Positions 47,846 through 57,056 of a stretch of 64,000 nucleotides of DNA are shown piece after piece (positions within the stretch are counted from its first letter, which is position 1; each line of letters begins with the position of its first letter). The DNA is from Patescibacteria group bacterium (GTDB lineage Bacteria; Patescibacteriota; Patescibacteriia; Patescibacteriales; JBAZCA01). The translations under genes were made by a program, and so were the position numbers. Under the pieces are notes generated by a model that saw only the letters and a list, made by a program, of their open reading frames with translations, was not told where the DNA came from and did not search any database. The stretch is taken from the NCBI GenBank assembly GCA_041661505.1, contig JBAZUF010000001.1, positions 177,576-241,575 of the forward strand, given 5' to 3'.

Positions 47846-49114
47846 TCAGCCTTCGTATTCGCGCATCGTCAGCTGGGATTCCACCTGCTTCATGGTTTCA
47901 ATGACTACGGACACGACGATCAAAAGGCTGGTTCCGCCGATCGATAGGGCTTGGGCGCCGGTAAAATAACGCATGATCAAAGGTAAGACGGCGATAACGC
48001 CCAAAAACAGGGCGCCGATAAAGATGATTTTATGGGTCGTATTGGCCAAATAATCGGAAGTCTGGGTGCCGGGCCGGATGCCGGGGATGAACCCGCCTTG
48101 CTTTTGGAGGTTTTCGGCGATTTTTGTCGGATGAAAAATCACCTCGGTATAAAAATAAGTGAAGGCGAAAACCAGGATGAAATAAGAAATTCCGTAAAAA
48201 AGCTGGTTTTGAAAAAGATTAATTACCCAGTGGGCGCCGTTAGAAAGCCAGGCGCTTTTAGCCTGGACAAAAAACTGGGCCACCATGGACGGGAATAAAA
48301 TTATGGAAATCGCGAAGATAATCGGGATAACGCCGGCCATATTGACCCGAAGCGGCAGATGGGTCGAAGTCCCGCCGTAAACGCGGTTGCCCCTTATTTG
48401 CCTTGCGTATTGGACCGGAATATTCCTTTGGCCTTCGGTAATGATTACCACCCCGACAACCGTTACCAAAGCGATAATAATAAAACCGATAACCATAAAG
48501 AGTTGGGACGGATCGTAAGTGGCTAAAAATTGCTGGACGTCTTGGGGCAGGCGGGAAACGATCCCGGCAAAAATCAGAAGCGAAATTCCGTTGCCGACTT
48601 TTTTTTCGTTAATCAGTTCTCCGAGCCACATTAAAAATACCGTTCCGGCTGTAATAGTAATAATCATCCCTAAAAGCTGTACAGCGGAAACATCCCCCAA
48701 AATATGAATTGACGAACGGCGAAGCAGGGTGATCATCGAATATGACTGGAGCATCGCTAACGGGACCGTTAGCCAGCGCGTCCACATCTGGATTTTTTGG
48801 CGCCCGGTCTCTTCCTTATTCATTTCTTCAAGGCTTGGGACAATCATCGTCAAGAGCTGGAAAACGATTGAAGAAGTAATATAAGGGGCGACGCCCATCA
48901 TGATGATGGAAAAATTCTCCATTCCGCCGCCGGAAAATATATTTAAAAGCCCAAGAATCTGGTTGGAATCAAAAAAATCCTTAAGCGCGTTTACGTCCAC
49001 GCCGGGGATCGGGATATGGGCGGCGAACCGGTCAAGAGCCAAAATCGCCAAAACGAAAAGGATGCTTTTCCTTAAATCCTTGGCTTTCCAAATTTGGGTG
49101 AATTTTTCTAACAT
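47846..49114 (-). CDS. secY: Preprotein translocase subunit SecY
   Basis: Ten-TM pattern, GVAPYITSSIVFQLL, in the position after rplO. Confidence 0.95.
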   Translation of the reverse strand: MLEKFTQIWKAKDLRKSILFVLAILALDRFAAHIPIPGVDVNALKDFFDSNQILGLLNIFSGGGMENFSIIMMGVAPYITSSIVFQLLTMIVPSLEEMNKEETGRQKIQMWTRWLTVPLAMLQSYSMITLLRRSSIHILGDVSAVQLLGMIITITAGTVFLMWLGELINEKKVGNGISLLIFAGIVSRLPQDVQQFLATYDPSQLFMVIGFIIIALVTVVGVVIITEGQRNIPVQYARQIRGNRVYGGTSTHLPLRVNMAGVIPIIFAISIILFPSMVAQFFVQAKSAWLSNGAHWVINLFQNQLFYGISYFILVFAFTYFYTEVIFHPTKIAENLQKQGGFIPGIRPGTQTSDYLANTTHKIIFIGALFLGVIAVLPLIMRYFTGAQALSIGGTSLLIVVSVVIETMKQVESQLTMREYEG

Positions 49115-49153
49115 AAATCTTTGGCAAAATTTCCGGCCGCGGCTTCTTTCCGG

Positions 49154-49567
49154 TTATTTTAAGCGCTCTCTGGCCTTCTCGCTCATCTTTACTTTATCGA
49201 ATTTCAAACCCTTGTTCAAAGCGCCTTGGCCTAAGATTTTTATTGGCTTGCCTGTTTCGGAAACGAGCCCTTTGCGGAGTAAGGACCTAGGGCTGACCGT
49301 TTCCCCGGCCTTAAAATTTTTGTTGATATCACGAACGCTTACCACCTGGTTGGACGGCTTGGCTGATTTAAATCCTCTCACTTTCGGCGTCGCCAAAAGC
49401 ATTCTCTTTAATCCCAGCCTCTTTAATCCGGAAGCGCCCGAACGGGACTTTTGTCCTTTCAATCCGCGGGTCGAATAAGTGCCGTGCCCCGAAGAATTGC
49501 CCCGGCCGACTCGCTTGGCTTTTTTTACGCCCCGGCTTCTATAAATTGTATTTAGCGATAATGCCAT
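49154..49567 (-). CDS. rplO: 50S ribosomal protein L15
   Basis: KRVGRGNSSGHGTYSTRGLKGQKSRSG. Confidence 0.95.
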   Translation of the reverse strand: MALSLNTIYRSRGVKKAKRVGRGNSSGHGTYSTRGLKGQKSRSGASGLKRLGLKRMLLATPKVRGFKSAKPSNQVVSVRDINKNFKAGETVSPRSLLRKGLVSETGKPIKILGQGALNKGLKFDKVKMSEKARERLK

Positions 49568-49576
49568 ATTATATTC

Positions 49577-50362
49577 TTACTGTTTTTCCGCCTTAGCCGG
49601 AACCGCTTTGGGCTCGGCGTATTTTAGCGATCTCAAACCTTCTATCGCGCATTTGACGTTATTCAGCTTATTATTGGTTCCGAGAATCTTGGACACGATG
49701 TTCTTTATTCCGGCCAATTCAATTACCGCCCGGACCGCTCCGCCGGCAATTACTCCCCGGCCGGTTTTTGCCGGCTTAAACATTAACTTTGCCGCGCCGA
49801 CTTTAACCCGGACTTCATGGGGAATAGTATCGTTAACAATTTTAATTTTAATCAGGTTCTTCTTGGCCTTATTTACGGCTTTGGTAACCGCGCCCGAAAC
49901 ATCCGCCCCTTTGGCGACTCCGATGCCGACCGTCCCGGCTTTATTTCCGATGGCTACGCAAGCGCGAAAACGCATTCTCTTTCCGCCGGCCATAACCCTT
50001 GTTACGCGGGCAATATCGATAATCTTCTGATCGTACTCATCTTTCATTTCGTCGCGTCCGCCTCTTCTTCCGCCGCCCGGCCTACCTCCTGGCCGGCCTC
50101 CGCCGAATCCACCTCTAAAGCCGCCCCTTCGGGCGCCGCCGAATCCGCCTCTTTGGGCTTGGACTGGAGCGCCGGACTTCGCGGGTTCAGCTTTAGCCGC
50201 TTCCGCCTCTTTGACAGCATTAACTTCCGGATTTGCTTTAATTTCCGGCGCGACAGCAATTCCCGCGCCAGCATCCGCTCCGGCGCCGTTTCCGGTTTTT
50301 TCATTCGCCTCCGGCTGTCCGTTCTTTTCTTCTATTGAATTTTCTTTTTTTTCATTCTCCAT
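49577..50362 (-). CDS. rpsE: 30S ribosomal protein S5 with a ~110-aa Ala/Gly/Arg-rich N-terminal extension
   Basis: Core IDIARVTRVMAGGKRMRFRACVAIGNKAGTVGIGVAKG, preceded by the RGG-rich stretch GGFGGARRGGFRGGFGGGRPGGRPGGGRRGG. Confidence 0.9.
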   Translation of the reverse strand: MENEKKENSIEEKNGQPEANEKTGNGAGADAGAGIAVAPEIKANPEVNAVKEAEAAKAEPAKSGAPVQAQRGGFGGARRGGFRGGFGGGRPGGRPGGGRRGGRDEMKDEYDQKIIDIARVTRVMAGGKRMRFRACVAIGNKAGTVGIGVAKGADVSGAVTKAVNKAKKNLIKIKIVNDTIPHEVRVKVGAAKLMFKPAKTGRGVIAGGAVRAVIELAGIKNIVSKILGTNNKLNNVKCAIEGLRSLKYAEPKAVPAKAEKQ

Positions 50363-50434
50363 AATTGCTCTGCAATTATCCCGCAAAATGCGGGGTGCGA
50401 GCGAGCTCGCATATGAATCTTAATTCATCTTGCC

Positions 50435-50794
50435 TTAAAAAACCAGCCCGCCTTCTTTGGCGCCGTCCGCCACCGCCTTAACCCGGCCGTGGAATTTATA
50501 TCCGCCGCGGTCAAATACGATTTTCTCTATTCCTTTTTCTTTAGCCTTGGCGGCCAAAAATTTCCCCAATTCAAATCCCCGGTCGGTTTTTTTCATCCCT
50601 TTAACGGCCTTTAGTTCATTTACTCTCGCGCTGACCAAGGTTTTTCCGATTGAGTCATCAATCAATTGCAGATAAATCCCTTTATTGGATTTGAATACTG
50701 AAAGCCTCGGACGTTCTTTGGTTCCGGAAATTTTAGCGCGGATGCGGTTTTTGCGGCGCTGTCTTTTTAATTGTTTTGAAATTCCTTTCGACAT
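50435..50794 (-). CDS. rplR: 50S ribosomal protein L18
   Basis: RKNRIRAKISGTKERPRLSVFKSNKGIYLQLIDD...FDRGGYKFHGRVKA. Confidence 0.95.
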   Translation of the reverse strand: MSKGISKQLKRQRRKNRIRAKISGTKERPRLSVFKSNKGIYLQLIDDSIGKTLVSARVNELKAVKGMKKTDRGFELGKFLAAKAKEKGIEKIVFDRGGYKFHGRVKAVADGAKEGGLVF

Positions 50795-50800
50795 AATATA

Positions 50801-51340
50801 TTATTTAGCCGCGGTCTTTCCGGCTTTTCTTCTTAAAATCTCATCCGAATATTTTATCCCTTTACCCTTGTAAGGCTCGGGCTTTCTTATTCTTCTCACT
50901 TGCGCCGCCGATTCCCCGACCCGGTATTTATCGATTCCGGACAGGGTAATAACATTCCCTTCCACTTTGGCGGAAATCCCTTCCGGCAAAACGAATTCAA
51001 CCGGATGGGAGTAGCCGGCATTGACAATTAGTTTGTTGCCGCTTACCGCCGCGCGGTAACCGACGCCGGAAATTTCTAATTTCTTTTCAAAACCCTTGTT
51101 GACGCCGTCAACCATGTTTTTTACCAGGCCTCGGAACATTCCCCAAAGCGAGCGTTCGCTTTTCTCTTCCGGATTGGCAACGCTTACTTTTACTTCCTTA
51201 TCGCCCAATTCAAGCTTTATTTTTTCGTGGACTTTTTCTTTTAATTCGCCTTTCGGCCCTTTAACATATATAAAACCTCCCTGAAGTTTTACTTCGGTCC
51301 CGGCCGGCAATTCAATTGGCAATTTTCCTAATCTCGACAT
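50801..51340 (-). CDS. rplF: 50S ribosomal protein L6
   Basis: MSRLGKLPIELPAGTEV...GVGYRA. Confidence 0.95.
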   Translation of the reverse strand: MSRLGKLPIELPAGTEVKLQGGFIYVKGPKGELKEKVHEKIKLELGDKEVKVSVANPEEKSERSLWGMFRGLVKNMVDGVNKGFEKKLEISGVGYRAAVSGNKLIVNAGYSHPVEFVLPEGISAKVEGNVITLSGIDKYRVGESAAQVRRIRKPEPYKGKGIKYSDEILRRKAGKTAAK

Positions 51341-51353
51341 ATATTCTTATTTC

Positions 51354-51458
51354 ATCAAGTCAAAATTTAATGGCAGTAGGACTTGTCCGCTATTAAATTT
51401 TGACTTGATACCTTATATTTTTTGAAAGTATTGAAAACTTTTTTAAAAAAGTTTTCAA
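51354..51458. repeat. Composite intergenic repeat, copy A: 18-bp-arm hairpin, conserved 21-nt spacer and a 28-bp perfect palindrome
   Basis: atcaagtcaaaatttaat-(20 nt GC-rich loop)-attaaattttgacttgat; spacer accttatattttttgaaagta; palindrome ttgaaaacttttttaaaaaagttttcaa. Homologous to 57057-57163 in the inverted orientation. Confidence 0.8.
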
Positions 51459-51461
51459 ATT

Positions 51462-51872
51462 CTAATACACCTCGCAAATAACTTCTCCCCCTAAACCTTT
51501 TTTCTTGGCTTCCCGGTTGGTCATTAACCCTTTCGGCGTGGAAATAATCGCGATTCCCAAATTATTTAAAACTCTCGGCAACTCGCTTTTCTTTACGTAA
51601 ACCCGAAGCCCTGGCTTGGAAATCCTCTTTATTGAGGAGATGGCCGGATGGCCGGCCCGGTCGTATTTTAAAACTATTTTTATTTCCTTGAATTTAGTCT
51701 TCTCTTTCTTTCCCTGGCCTTCGGCTTCCGAGACCTTTTCTACAAGGCCGTTCTCTTCAAGAATTTTCGCGATCTGATATTTCATTTTACTCATAGGCAA
51801 AACCACCTCTTCCTTCCGGACGGCTAGCGCGTTCCTAACTCTTGTAAGCATGTCGGCGATTGGGTCTGTCAT
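51462..51872 (-). CDS. rpsH: 30S ribosomal protein S8
   Basis: MTDPIADMLTRVRNA. Confidence 0.95.
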   Translation of the reverse strand: MTDPIADMLTRVRNALAVRKEEVVLPMSKMKYQIAKILEENGLVEKVSEAEGQGKKEKTKFKEIKIVLKYDRAGHPAISSIKRISKPGLRVYVKKSELPRVLNNLGIAIISTPKGLMTNREAKKKGLGGEVICEVY

Positions 51873-51933
51873 ATTTTATTAAATGATAATTTCTTATTGA
51901 TAATTGTTAATTGAAAATTGACAATTGGGCTTA

Positions 51934-52119
51934 TTACCAGGAAGATTTTCTAACCCCTGGAATGCTTCCTTGCGTCGCCAGTTCCCGAAAACAAATCCGG
52001 CAAAGGTTAAAGTCCCTCATATAGGCCCGGTTGCGGCCGCAACGCCAGCAACGGTTCACCTTGCGGGATGAATATTTCGGGGTTTTCTTCGATTTTGCTA
52101 TCATTGCCGTTCTGGCCAT
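51934..52119 (-). CDS. rpsN: 30S ribosomal protein S14, Zn-ribbon (type Z, 61 aa)
   Basis: [23 protein letters not shown]. Confidence 0.95.
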   Translation of the reverse strand: MARTAMIAKSKKTPKYSSRKVNRCWRCGRNRAYMRDFNLCRICFRELATQGSIPGVRKSSW

Positions 52120-52174
52120 ATAATTACTTTAAATCCCGCCTCGCGAAATGCGGAGCGCGGATGCTAGCGTTGCG

Positions 52175-52726
52175 CTAGCCTTTTTTTTCCTCTTCCTTAA
52201 AAGGAAAGCCAATTAGTTTTAATAATTCTAATCCTTCTTCCCTGGTCTTGGCATTAGTCGTAACGCTTATTTCCAGGCCGTGGATATTCTCGACTTCATC
52301 CTGGCTTATCTCGGGAAAAACTATATTCTCTTTAAATCCGACAGTTAAATTTCCGGTCCGGTCAACTTGCGACGCGCTAATCCCCCGAAAATCCCTTACC
52401 CGCGGAAAAGATATATTAACCAATTTTTCCAGAAAATCATACATTCTCCGGCCACGCAAAGTCGCCATCACCCCGGTAATCGTCCCTTGCCTTAACTTAA
52501 AGGAAGCGATTGATTTCTTGGCCTTGGTCTGGACCGGCTTTTGGCCCGAAATCTGGATAATGCTTTTTACCACTTCATCCACGTATTTATGATCTTTGGA
52601 ATTCCTTCCCACGCCGACATTAATCGTCGCCTTTATGATTCGAGGCACTTCCATTCCATTTTTATAGCCGAACTTCTCTTTCATTTTCGGCACGATTTGT
52701 TTTTGGTATTTTTCCTTAAGTCTCAT
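52175..52726 (-). CDS. rplE: 50S ribosomal protein L5
   Basis: RLKEKYQKQIVPKMKEKFGYKN...NLTVGFKE. Confidence 0.95.
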   Translation of the reverse strand: MRLKEKYQKQIVPKMKEKFGYKNGMEVPRIIKATINVGVGRNSKDHKYVDEVVKSIIQISGQKPVQTKAKKSIASFKLRQGTITGVMATLRGRRMYDFLEKLVNISFPRVRDFRGISASQVDRTGNLTVGFKENIVFPEISQDEVENIHGLEISVTTNAKTREEGLELLKLIGFPFKEEEKKG

Positions 52727-52730
52727 AAAT

Positions 52731-53054
52731 TTAGTCGATTATGCCTTTGCATTTTTTGCATTCCCGGAACTTCTTTTTCTTTCCGTCCGGCGAAACGGTG
52801 ATTTTATAATTCACCCGGGTCGGTTTTCCGCATTTCGAGCAAATAAGCATCAAATTAGAAACGTTTAACGGGGCCGGAAATTCAATTCTCTGCCCGGTCT
52901 CGCCTTGGCGTCTTGGGCGCAAATGCTTAATAAGCAAATTAATGCCTTCGATGCTGGCGCGATTTTTGGGCGGAAAAACCTGTAAAACTTTTCCGGTTTT
53001 ACCCTTGTCTTTTCCTGCTAGAATTTTCACCTTGTCGCCTTTTTTTATATTCAT
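52731..53054 (-). CDS. rplX: 50S ribosomal protein L24
   Basis: IKKGDKVKILAGKDKGKTGKVLQV. Confidence 0.95.
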   Translation of the reverse strand: MNIKKGDKVKILAGKDKGKTGKVLQVFPPKNRASIEGINLLIKHLRPRRQGETGQRIEFPAPLNVSNLMLICSKCGKPTRVNYKITVSPDGKKKKFRECKKCKGIID

Positions 53055-53079
53055 ATTCTTAAAAAAGTTTTCAAATTCT
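53055..53079. repeat. Half-copy of the palindrome motif filling the rplN-rplX spacer
   Basis: taaaaaagttttcaaattct is identical to the distal half of copy A. On the minus strand it reads TAG-AGAATTTGAAAACTTTTTTAA. Confidence 0.7.
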
Positions 53080-53451
53080 CTACAAAACTTCTGGAGCCAA
53101 GGACGCGATTTTAATGTATCCGGCTTTTCTTATCTCTCTTGCTACCGGCCCGAATACGCGGGTGCCTTTCGGCTCTTTTTTGGCCTTATCAATTACGACG
53201 CAGGCATTCTCGCCAAAGCGAAGGTAAGTCCCGTCGGCTCTGCGGATTTCTTTTTTAGTCCGGACAATGACGCAGTGCACCACGTCGCCTTTTTTTATCG
53301 GCGCGTGCGGAACCGCTTCTTTGACCGCGGCGGTAATCATATCGCCTACTCCGGCATACCGCCGTTTGTAGCCGGCCAAAACCCGGATGCACATTACGGT
53401 CTTTGCTCCTGAATTATCGGCAACTTTTAATCTCGATTGGACTTGAATCAT
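53080..53451 (-). CDS. rplN: 50S ribosomal protein L14
   Basis: [17 protein letters not shown]. Confidence 0.95.
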   Translation of the reverse strand: MIQVQSRLKVADNSGAKTVMCIRVLAGYKRRYAGVGDMITAAVKEAVPHAPIKKGDVVHCVIVRTKKEIRRADGTYLRFGENACVVIDKAKKEPKGTRVFGPVAREIRKAGYIKIASLAPEVL

Positions 53452-53477
53452 AAATATTTAATCTTTTTGCCTTCAAA

Positions 53478-53732
53478 TTAATATACAACTTTCCATCTTT
53501 TATCTTTGGACAAGGGGCGGCATTCAACGAACTGGACCTTGTCGCCTTCTTTGTATTGGTCCTTTTCATCATGGACTTTATACCTTTCGGAAACGACATA
53601 TCTTTTTTTATAGCGGGGATGCATTTTTGTCCGGTTAACCCGGACTACAATAGTCTTCTGCATCTTATCAGAAACCACCACTCCTAAAAATTTTCTTGAC
53701 TTTGCTGTTTTTTTGGATTTATTGTTCTCCAT
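53478..53732 (-). CDS. rpsQ: 30S ribosomal protein S17
   Basis: FLGVVVSDKMQKTIVVRVNR...YKVHDE. Confidence 0.95.
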   Translation of the reverse strand: MENNKSKKTAKSRKFLGVVVSDKMQKTIVVRVNRTKMHPRYKKRYVVSERYKVHDEKDQYKEGDKVQFVECRPLSKDKRWKVVY

Positions 53733-53754
53733 ATAATAATATTTCGCTTCAAAT

Positions 53755-53967
53755 TTATTTCTCTCCCTTCCGGCGGGCCGGTTGTTTTTTATTATTCAAT
53801 ACGGTCATGATTCTTGCGATGTCTTCCCGGAGCTTGCGGATGTCTCGGACATTTTTTAACTGCTTGGACGCGTCCTTAAACCTCGAATCCCGGAGCTTAT
53901 CGCGCAACTCGGCGAGCATTCTTTGCAGTTCGCTTTCGGATTTGTTTATTATTTCTTTCATTTCCAT
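53755..53967 (-). CDS. rpmC: 50S ribosomal protein L29
   Basis: A 70-aa helical protein, ELQRMLAELRDKLRDSRFK, in the position between rplP and rpsQ. Confidence 0.9.
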   Translation of the reverse strand: MEMKEIINKSESELQRMLAELRDKLRDSRFKDASKQLKNVRDIRKLREDIARIMTVLNNKKQPARRKGEK

Positions 53968-53983
53968 ATGCTATATTTTCATC

Positions 53984-54016
53984 TTTTAAAACCTGCCTGC
54001 CGGCAGACAGGAAGTT
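53984..54016 (-). terminator. Hairpin plus short U-run between rplP and rpmC (second copy of the CTTCCTGYCTG...CAGGCAGG hairpin)
   Basis: The minus strand reads CTTCCTGTCTG-CCGG-CAGGCAGG-TTTT. The single arm difference forms G-U on the minus-strand RNA but C-A on the plus strand. Confidence 0.45.
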
Positions 54017-54023
54017 TTCAAAT

Positions 54024-54428
54024 TTACTTGGCGATAAACTTGCACTTAACCGGCAGTTTATAAGCGGCCATTTCCATAGCTTCGCGGGCCTGCTCGCTTG
54101 TTATTCCTTCCATCTCAAACATAATCATCCCGGGTTTGACTACGGCGACGTAATGGTCAACCGCTCCTTTGCCTTTTCCCATCGGCATTTCCCCGCCTTT
54201 GGACGTAACCGGCTTATCGGGAAAAATCCTGATCCAAATTTTTCCGCCTTTTCTCGTATAGCGGGTCATAACGCGCCGGGCGGCTTCAATTTGTTTTGAA
54301 GAGACCCAGCAATTTTCCATGCTTTTCAATCCGAAGCTTCCGTAGCTAACCTTAACGAGGCGAGTGGCTTTTCCTCCCCGCTTGCCTTTCATCATTTTTC
54401 TGAACTTTGTCCTTTTTGGCATTAACAT
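54024..54428 (-). CDS. rplP: 50S ribosomal protein L16
   Basis: [19 protein letters not shown]. Confidence 0.95.
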   Translation of the reverse strand: MLMPKRTKFRKMMKGKRGGKATRLVKVSYGSFGLKSMENCWVSSKQIEAARRVMTRYTRKGGKIWIRIFPDKPVTSKGGEMPMGKGKGAVDHYVAVVKPGMIMFEMEGITSEQAREAMEMAAYKLPVKCKFIAK

Positions 54429-54493
54429 ATTTAAATCTGTTGGCTATTAACTTTATTTTCTTTAATTTATTTTTGCATTCCGCGCTTCAGGCT

Positions 54494-55186
54494 TTATGAT
54501 TTTCTTCTTCCAACCACTTCGCCTTTGCCGTTATCGGCTTTTTTAAAAACTTCTCCGCGGTAAATCCAGACTTTTATGCCGATGGCTCCGTAGGTGGTAA
54601 AAGCCGTTCCGCGGGCGTAATTAATATCGGCTCTCAAGGTATGCAAAGGAATACTGCCGGAAGCTAATTTTTCTTCTCTCGCGATTTCGGCTCCGTTTAA
54701 TCTTCCTTTAACCAGCACTTTTACTCCCAAAGCTCCGGCCCGCTCCACTCTTTGGACGGCCTGCTTCATCGTCCTCCGGAAAGCGATTCTTTTTTCAAGG
54801 TCGGCCGCGATTTGCTGAACTACAATTTGGGCGGATAAACTCGGGCGGTCAACTTCGGAAACGTTAATGTTGATGTCTGACGGCCGGTAGTGACATAAAA
54901 ATTTCTTATGGATTTTTATTTTTAAATCTTCAATTCCTTTTCCGCTTCGCCCGATTATGAAACCCGGCTTGCCGGTATGGATATTTATCGTAATCTTATT
55001 GGCGTTTCTTTCGATTTCCACCCGGTCGATGCCGGCTTCGCGAAGCTCCCGGGTTAAAAATTTACTTACTTTAACATCTTCTTCCAGATTTTTTATATAT
55101 TGCTTTTTGTCATCAGAAAACCACCGAGACGACCAGGTCTTGATTACTCCCACTCTGAATCCTTTTGGATTTACTTTCTGTCCCAT
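54494..55186 (-). CDS. rpsC: 30S ribosomal protein S3
   Basis: MGQKVNPKGFRVGVIKTWSSRW. Confidence 0.95.
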   Translation of the reverse strand: MGQKVNPKGFRVGVIKTWSSRWFSDDKKQYIKNLEEDVKVSKFLTRELREAGIDRVEIERNANKITINIHTGKPGFIIGRSGKGIEDLKIKIHKKFLCHYRPSDININVSEVDRPSLSAQIVVQQIAADLEKRIAFRRTMKQAVQRVERAGALGVKVLVKGRLNGAEIAREEKLASGSIPLHTLRADINYARGTAFTTYGAIGIKVWIYRGEVFKKADNGKGEVVGRRKS

Positions 55187-55283
55187 ATTATATTCAATTT
55201 ACAATTGTCAGTTAATCAATTTTCAATGGCTTAATTCTTCTTCATTTTAATTGATAATTGCTCATTGTTATCTGATAATTGAT

Positions 55284-55880
55284 TTAACCGCTTTTTCTTC
55301 TAAAAACTTTTCCGATGAATCCTTTTTCCGACGCTCCTTCTATTTTTGTATGTTTTCCCTTTCCTTCGGCCCTCGGGTCAACAATCTTTTTTCCCTTTTC
55401 ATCTTTAGCTTTCACCAAAGGCTTATCTTCTTTTTTATGCTTGATTTTTACGCCATCATCTTCTTTTGGAGCTTTGCCTCGGGCGAGATCTCCCAGTTTT
55501 ACCGGCGCTTCAACTTTCTGCATCTTCGGCCCTTTTTTTCCGCTGGCTACGATTTCGCCCAAAGTAAGACTGATGTGCGAGGTTCTTTTTCTTATCGGGG
55601 TGGCCCGGCCGTGGGCTTTCGGCATCCAGCGCTTCAGCATCGCTCCGCCGTCAACCTTAACTTCTTTAATAAATAAATTATTTTTGTCTAAGTCAAAATT
55701 ATGTTCGGCGTTGGCTATGGCGGAACTTATCAATTTAGCCACCGGCCGGCTCGCCTCTTTTTTAATAAAATTCAGCTGGGTCAGGGCCTTGTTAGCTTCC
55801 ATTCCCCGCACTAAAGATGCTACGAGGCGGACTTTCCTCGGCGATATCCTTAAATTGTTTAATTGGGCTTTTACTTCCAT
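55284..55880 (-). CDS. rplV: 50S ribosomal protein L22 with a ~85-aa Lys-rich C-terminal extension
   Basis: AQLNNLRISPRKVRLVASLVRG...RATPIRKRTSHI. ATG at 55880. Confidence 0.9.
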   Translation of the reverse strand: MEVKAQLNNLRISPRKVRLVASLVRGMEANKALTQLNFIKKEASRPVAKLISSAIANAEHNFDLDKNNLFIKEVKVDGGAMLKRWMPKAHGRATPIRKRTSHISLTLGEIVASGKKGPKMQKVEAPVKLGDLARGKAPKEDDGVKIKHKKEDKPLVKAKDEKGKKIVDPRAEGKGKHTKIEGASEKGFIGKVFRRKSG

Positions 55881-55897
55881 ATATGAAAACAAAAAAT

Positions 55898-56194
55898 TTA
55901 TTTCGGCACTACGGCTCCCCTGGCCTGTTCTTTGGCAATCTTTCCGCCGTGGGAAACGAATTTCCGGGTCATAGCGAATTCGCCTAAACGGTGTCCAACC
56001 ATATTTTCCGTAACAAAAACGGGGACATGCTGCTTTCCGTTATGCACCCCGATAGTAAACCCTACCATTTCCGGGGAAATTGTGCAAGCCCGATCCCAAA
56101 CGCGAATAACGGTCTTATCGCCTTGGCGCAGATTCATTATTTTCTTTAATATTCGCTGATTTATGTAGGGTCCTTTTTTTAGTGATCTGGACAT
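55898..56194 (-). CDS. rpsS: 30S ribosomal protein S19
   Basis: [11 protein letters not shown]...[13 protein letters not shown]. Confidence 0.95.
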   Translation of the reverse strand: MSRSLKKGPYINQRILKKIMNLRQGDKTVIRVWDRACTISPEMVGFTIGVHNGKQHVPVFVTENMVGHRLGEFAMTRKFVSHGGKIAKEQARGAVVPK

Positions 56195-56216
56195 ATTTAT
56201 TGATTATTTAGCTTCT

Positions 56217-57050
56217 TTACTGGCTTCTTCTCTTTATAATTAACCTGTTGGATCTTCTTCTTTTATTCCGGGTCCGGACGCCCAAAGCTGGTTTGCCCCA
56301 CGGAGTTTTCGGGTGCTTAAGGCCGATTGATTGCTTTCCTTCTCCGCCTCCGTGCGGGTGGTCAACCGGATTCATGGCCGTTCCGCGGACAGTCGGGCGG
56401 ATGCCTAAATTCCTTTTTCTTCCGGCTTTTCCGTAAGAAATATTTTTAAATTCCGGGTTGGAAACTTGTCCGATAGTTGAAAGGCATTCTTTTTTTACCA
56501 GCCGGATTTCCTTTGATGGCATCCGAAGCTGGGCGAATTTTCCTTCAATGCCCATGACCGAAATCGCGTTTCCGGCTCCACGGGCCAATTTACCGCCTTG
56601 CCCGGGTTCTAACTCGACATTGTGGACAAAAACGCCGGCCGGGATAAATTCCAAGGGCATAGTATTTCCCGGCTTAACCGGAGCTTCTTTCTTTGAACTC
56701 ACTACCGTGTCGCCGACATTCATTCCCACCGGGGCGATAATATATCTCTTTTCTCCGTCCCGATAATGAAGCAAGGCCAGCCGCGCTCCGCGGTTCGGAT
56801 CATATTCAATTGAAGCGACTCGAGCCGGCACTTCGAACTTATCGCGCTTAAAATCAACGATTCGAATAAAGCGCCGGGCGCCGCCGCCTCTGTGGCGGAT
56901 GGTAATTTTTCCCTGGGAATTTCTTCCGGCCTGCTGTTTTCTGAAAATTATAAGCCGCTTTTCCGGTTCGGTTTTGGTAATATCGTTAAAATCGTCAAAA
57001 GTCATTTGACGCCGTCCCGGGGTTGTTGGTTTTACTTTTTTTACTGCCAT
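56217..57050 (-). CDS. rplB: 50S ribosomal protein L2
   Basis: [29 protein letters not shown]. Confidence 0.95.
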   Translation of the reverse strand: MAVKKVKPTTPGRRQMTFDDFNDITKTEPEKRLIIFRKQQAGRNSQGKITIRHRGGGARRFIRIVDFKRDKFEVPARVASIEYDPNRGARLALLHYRDGEKRYIIAPVGMNVGDTVVSSKKEAPVKPGNTMPLEFIPAGVFVHNVELEPGQGGKLARGAGNAISVMGIEGKFAQLRMPSKEIRLVKKECLSTIGQVSNPEFKNISYGKAGRKRNLGIRPTVRGTAMNPVDHPHGGGEGKQSIGLKHPKTPWGKPALGVRTRNKRRRSNRLIIKRRSQ

Positions 57051-57056
57051 AGATAT

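Noticed and set aside
51873-55283. AT-rich spacers rpsN-rpsH (51873-51933) and rpsC-rplV (55187-55283) sharing words such as ATTGATAATTG and CAATTGTCA
   Set aside because: The similarity is built from short CAATTG/AATTG low-complexity words in very AT-rich sequence. I could not establish a convincing alignment or structure.
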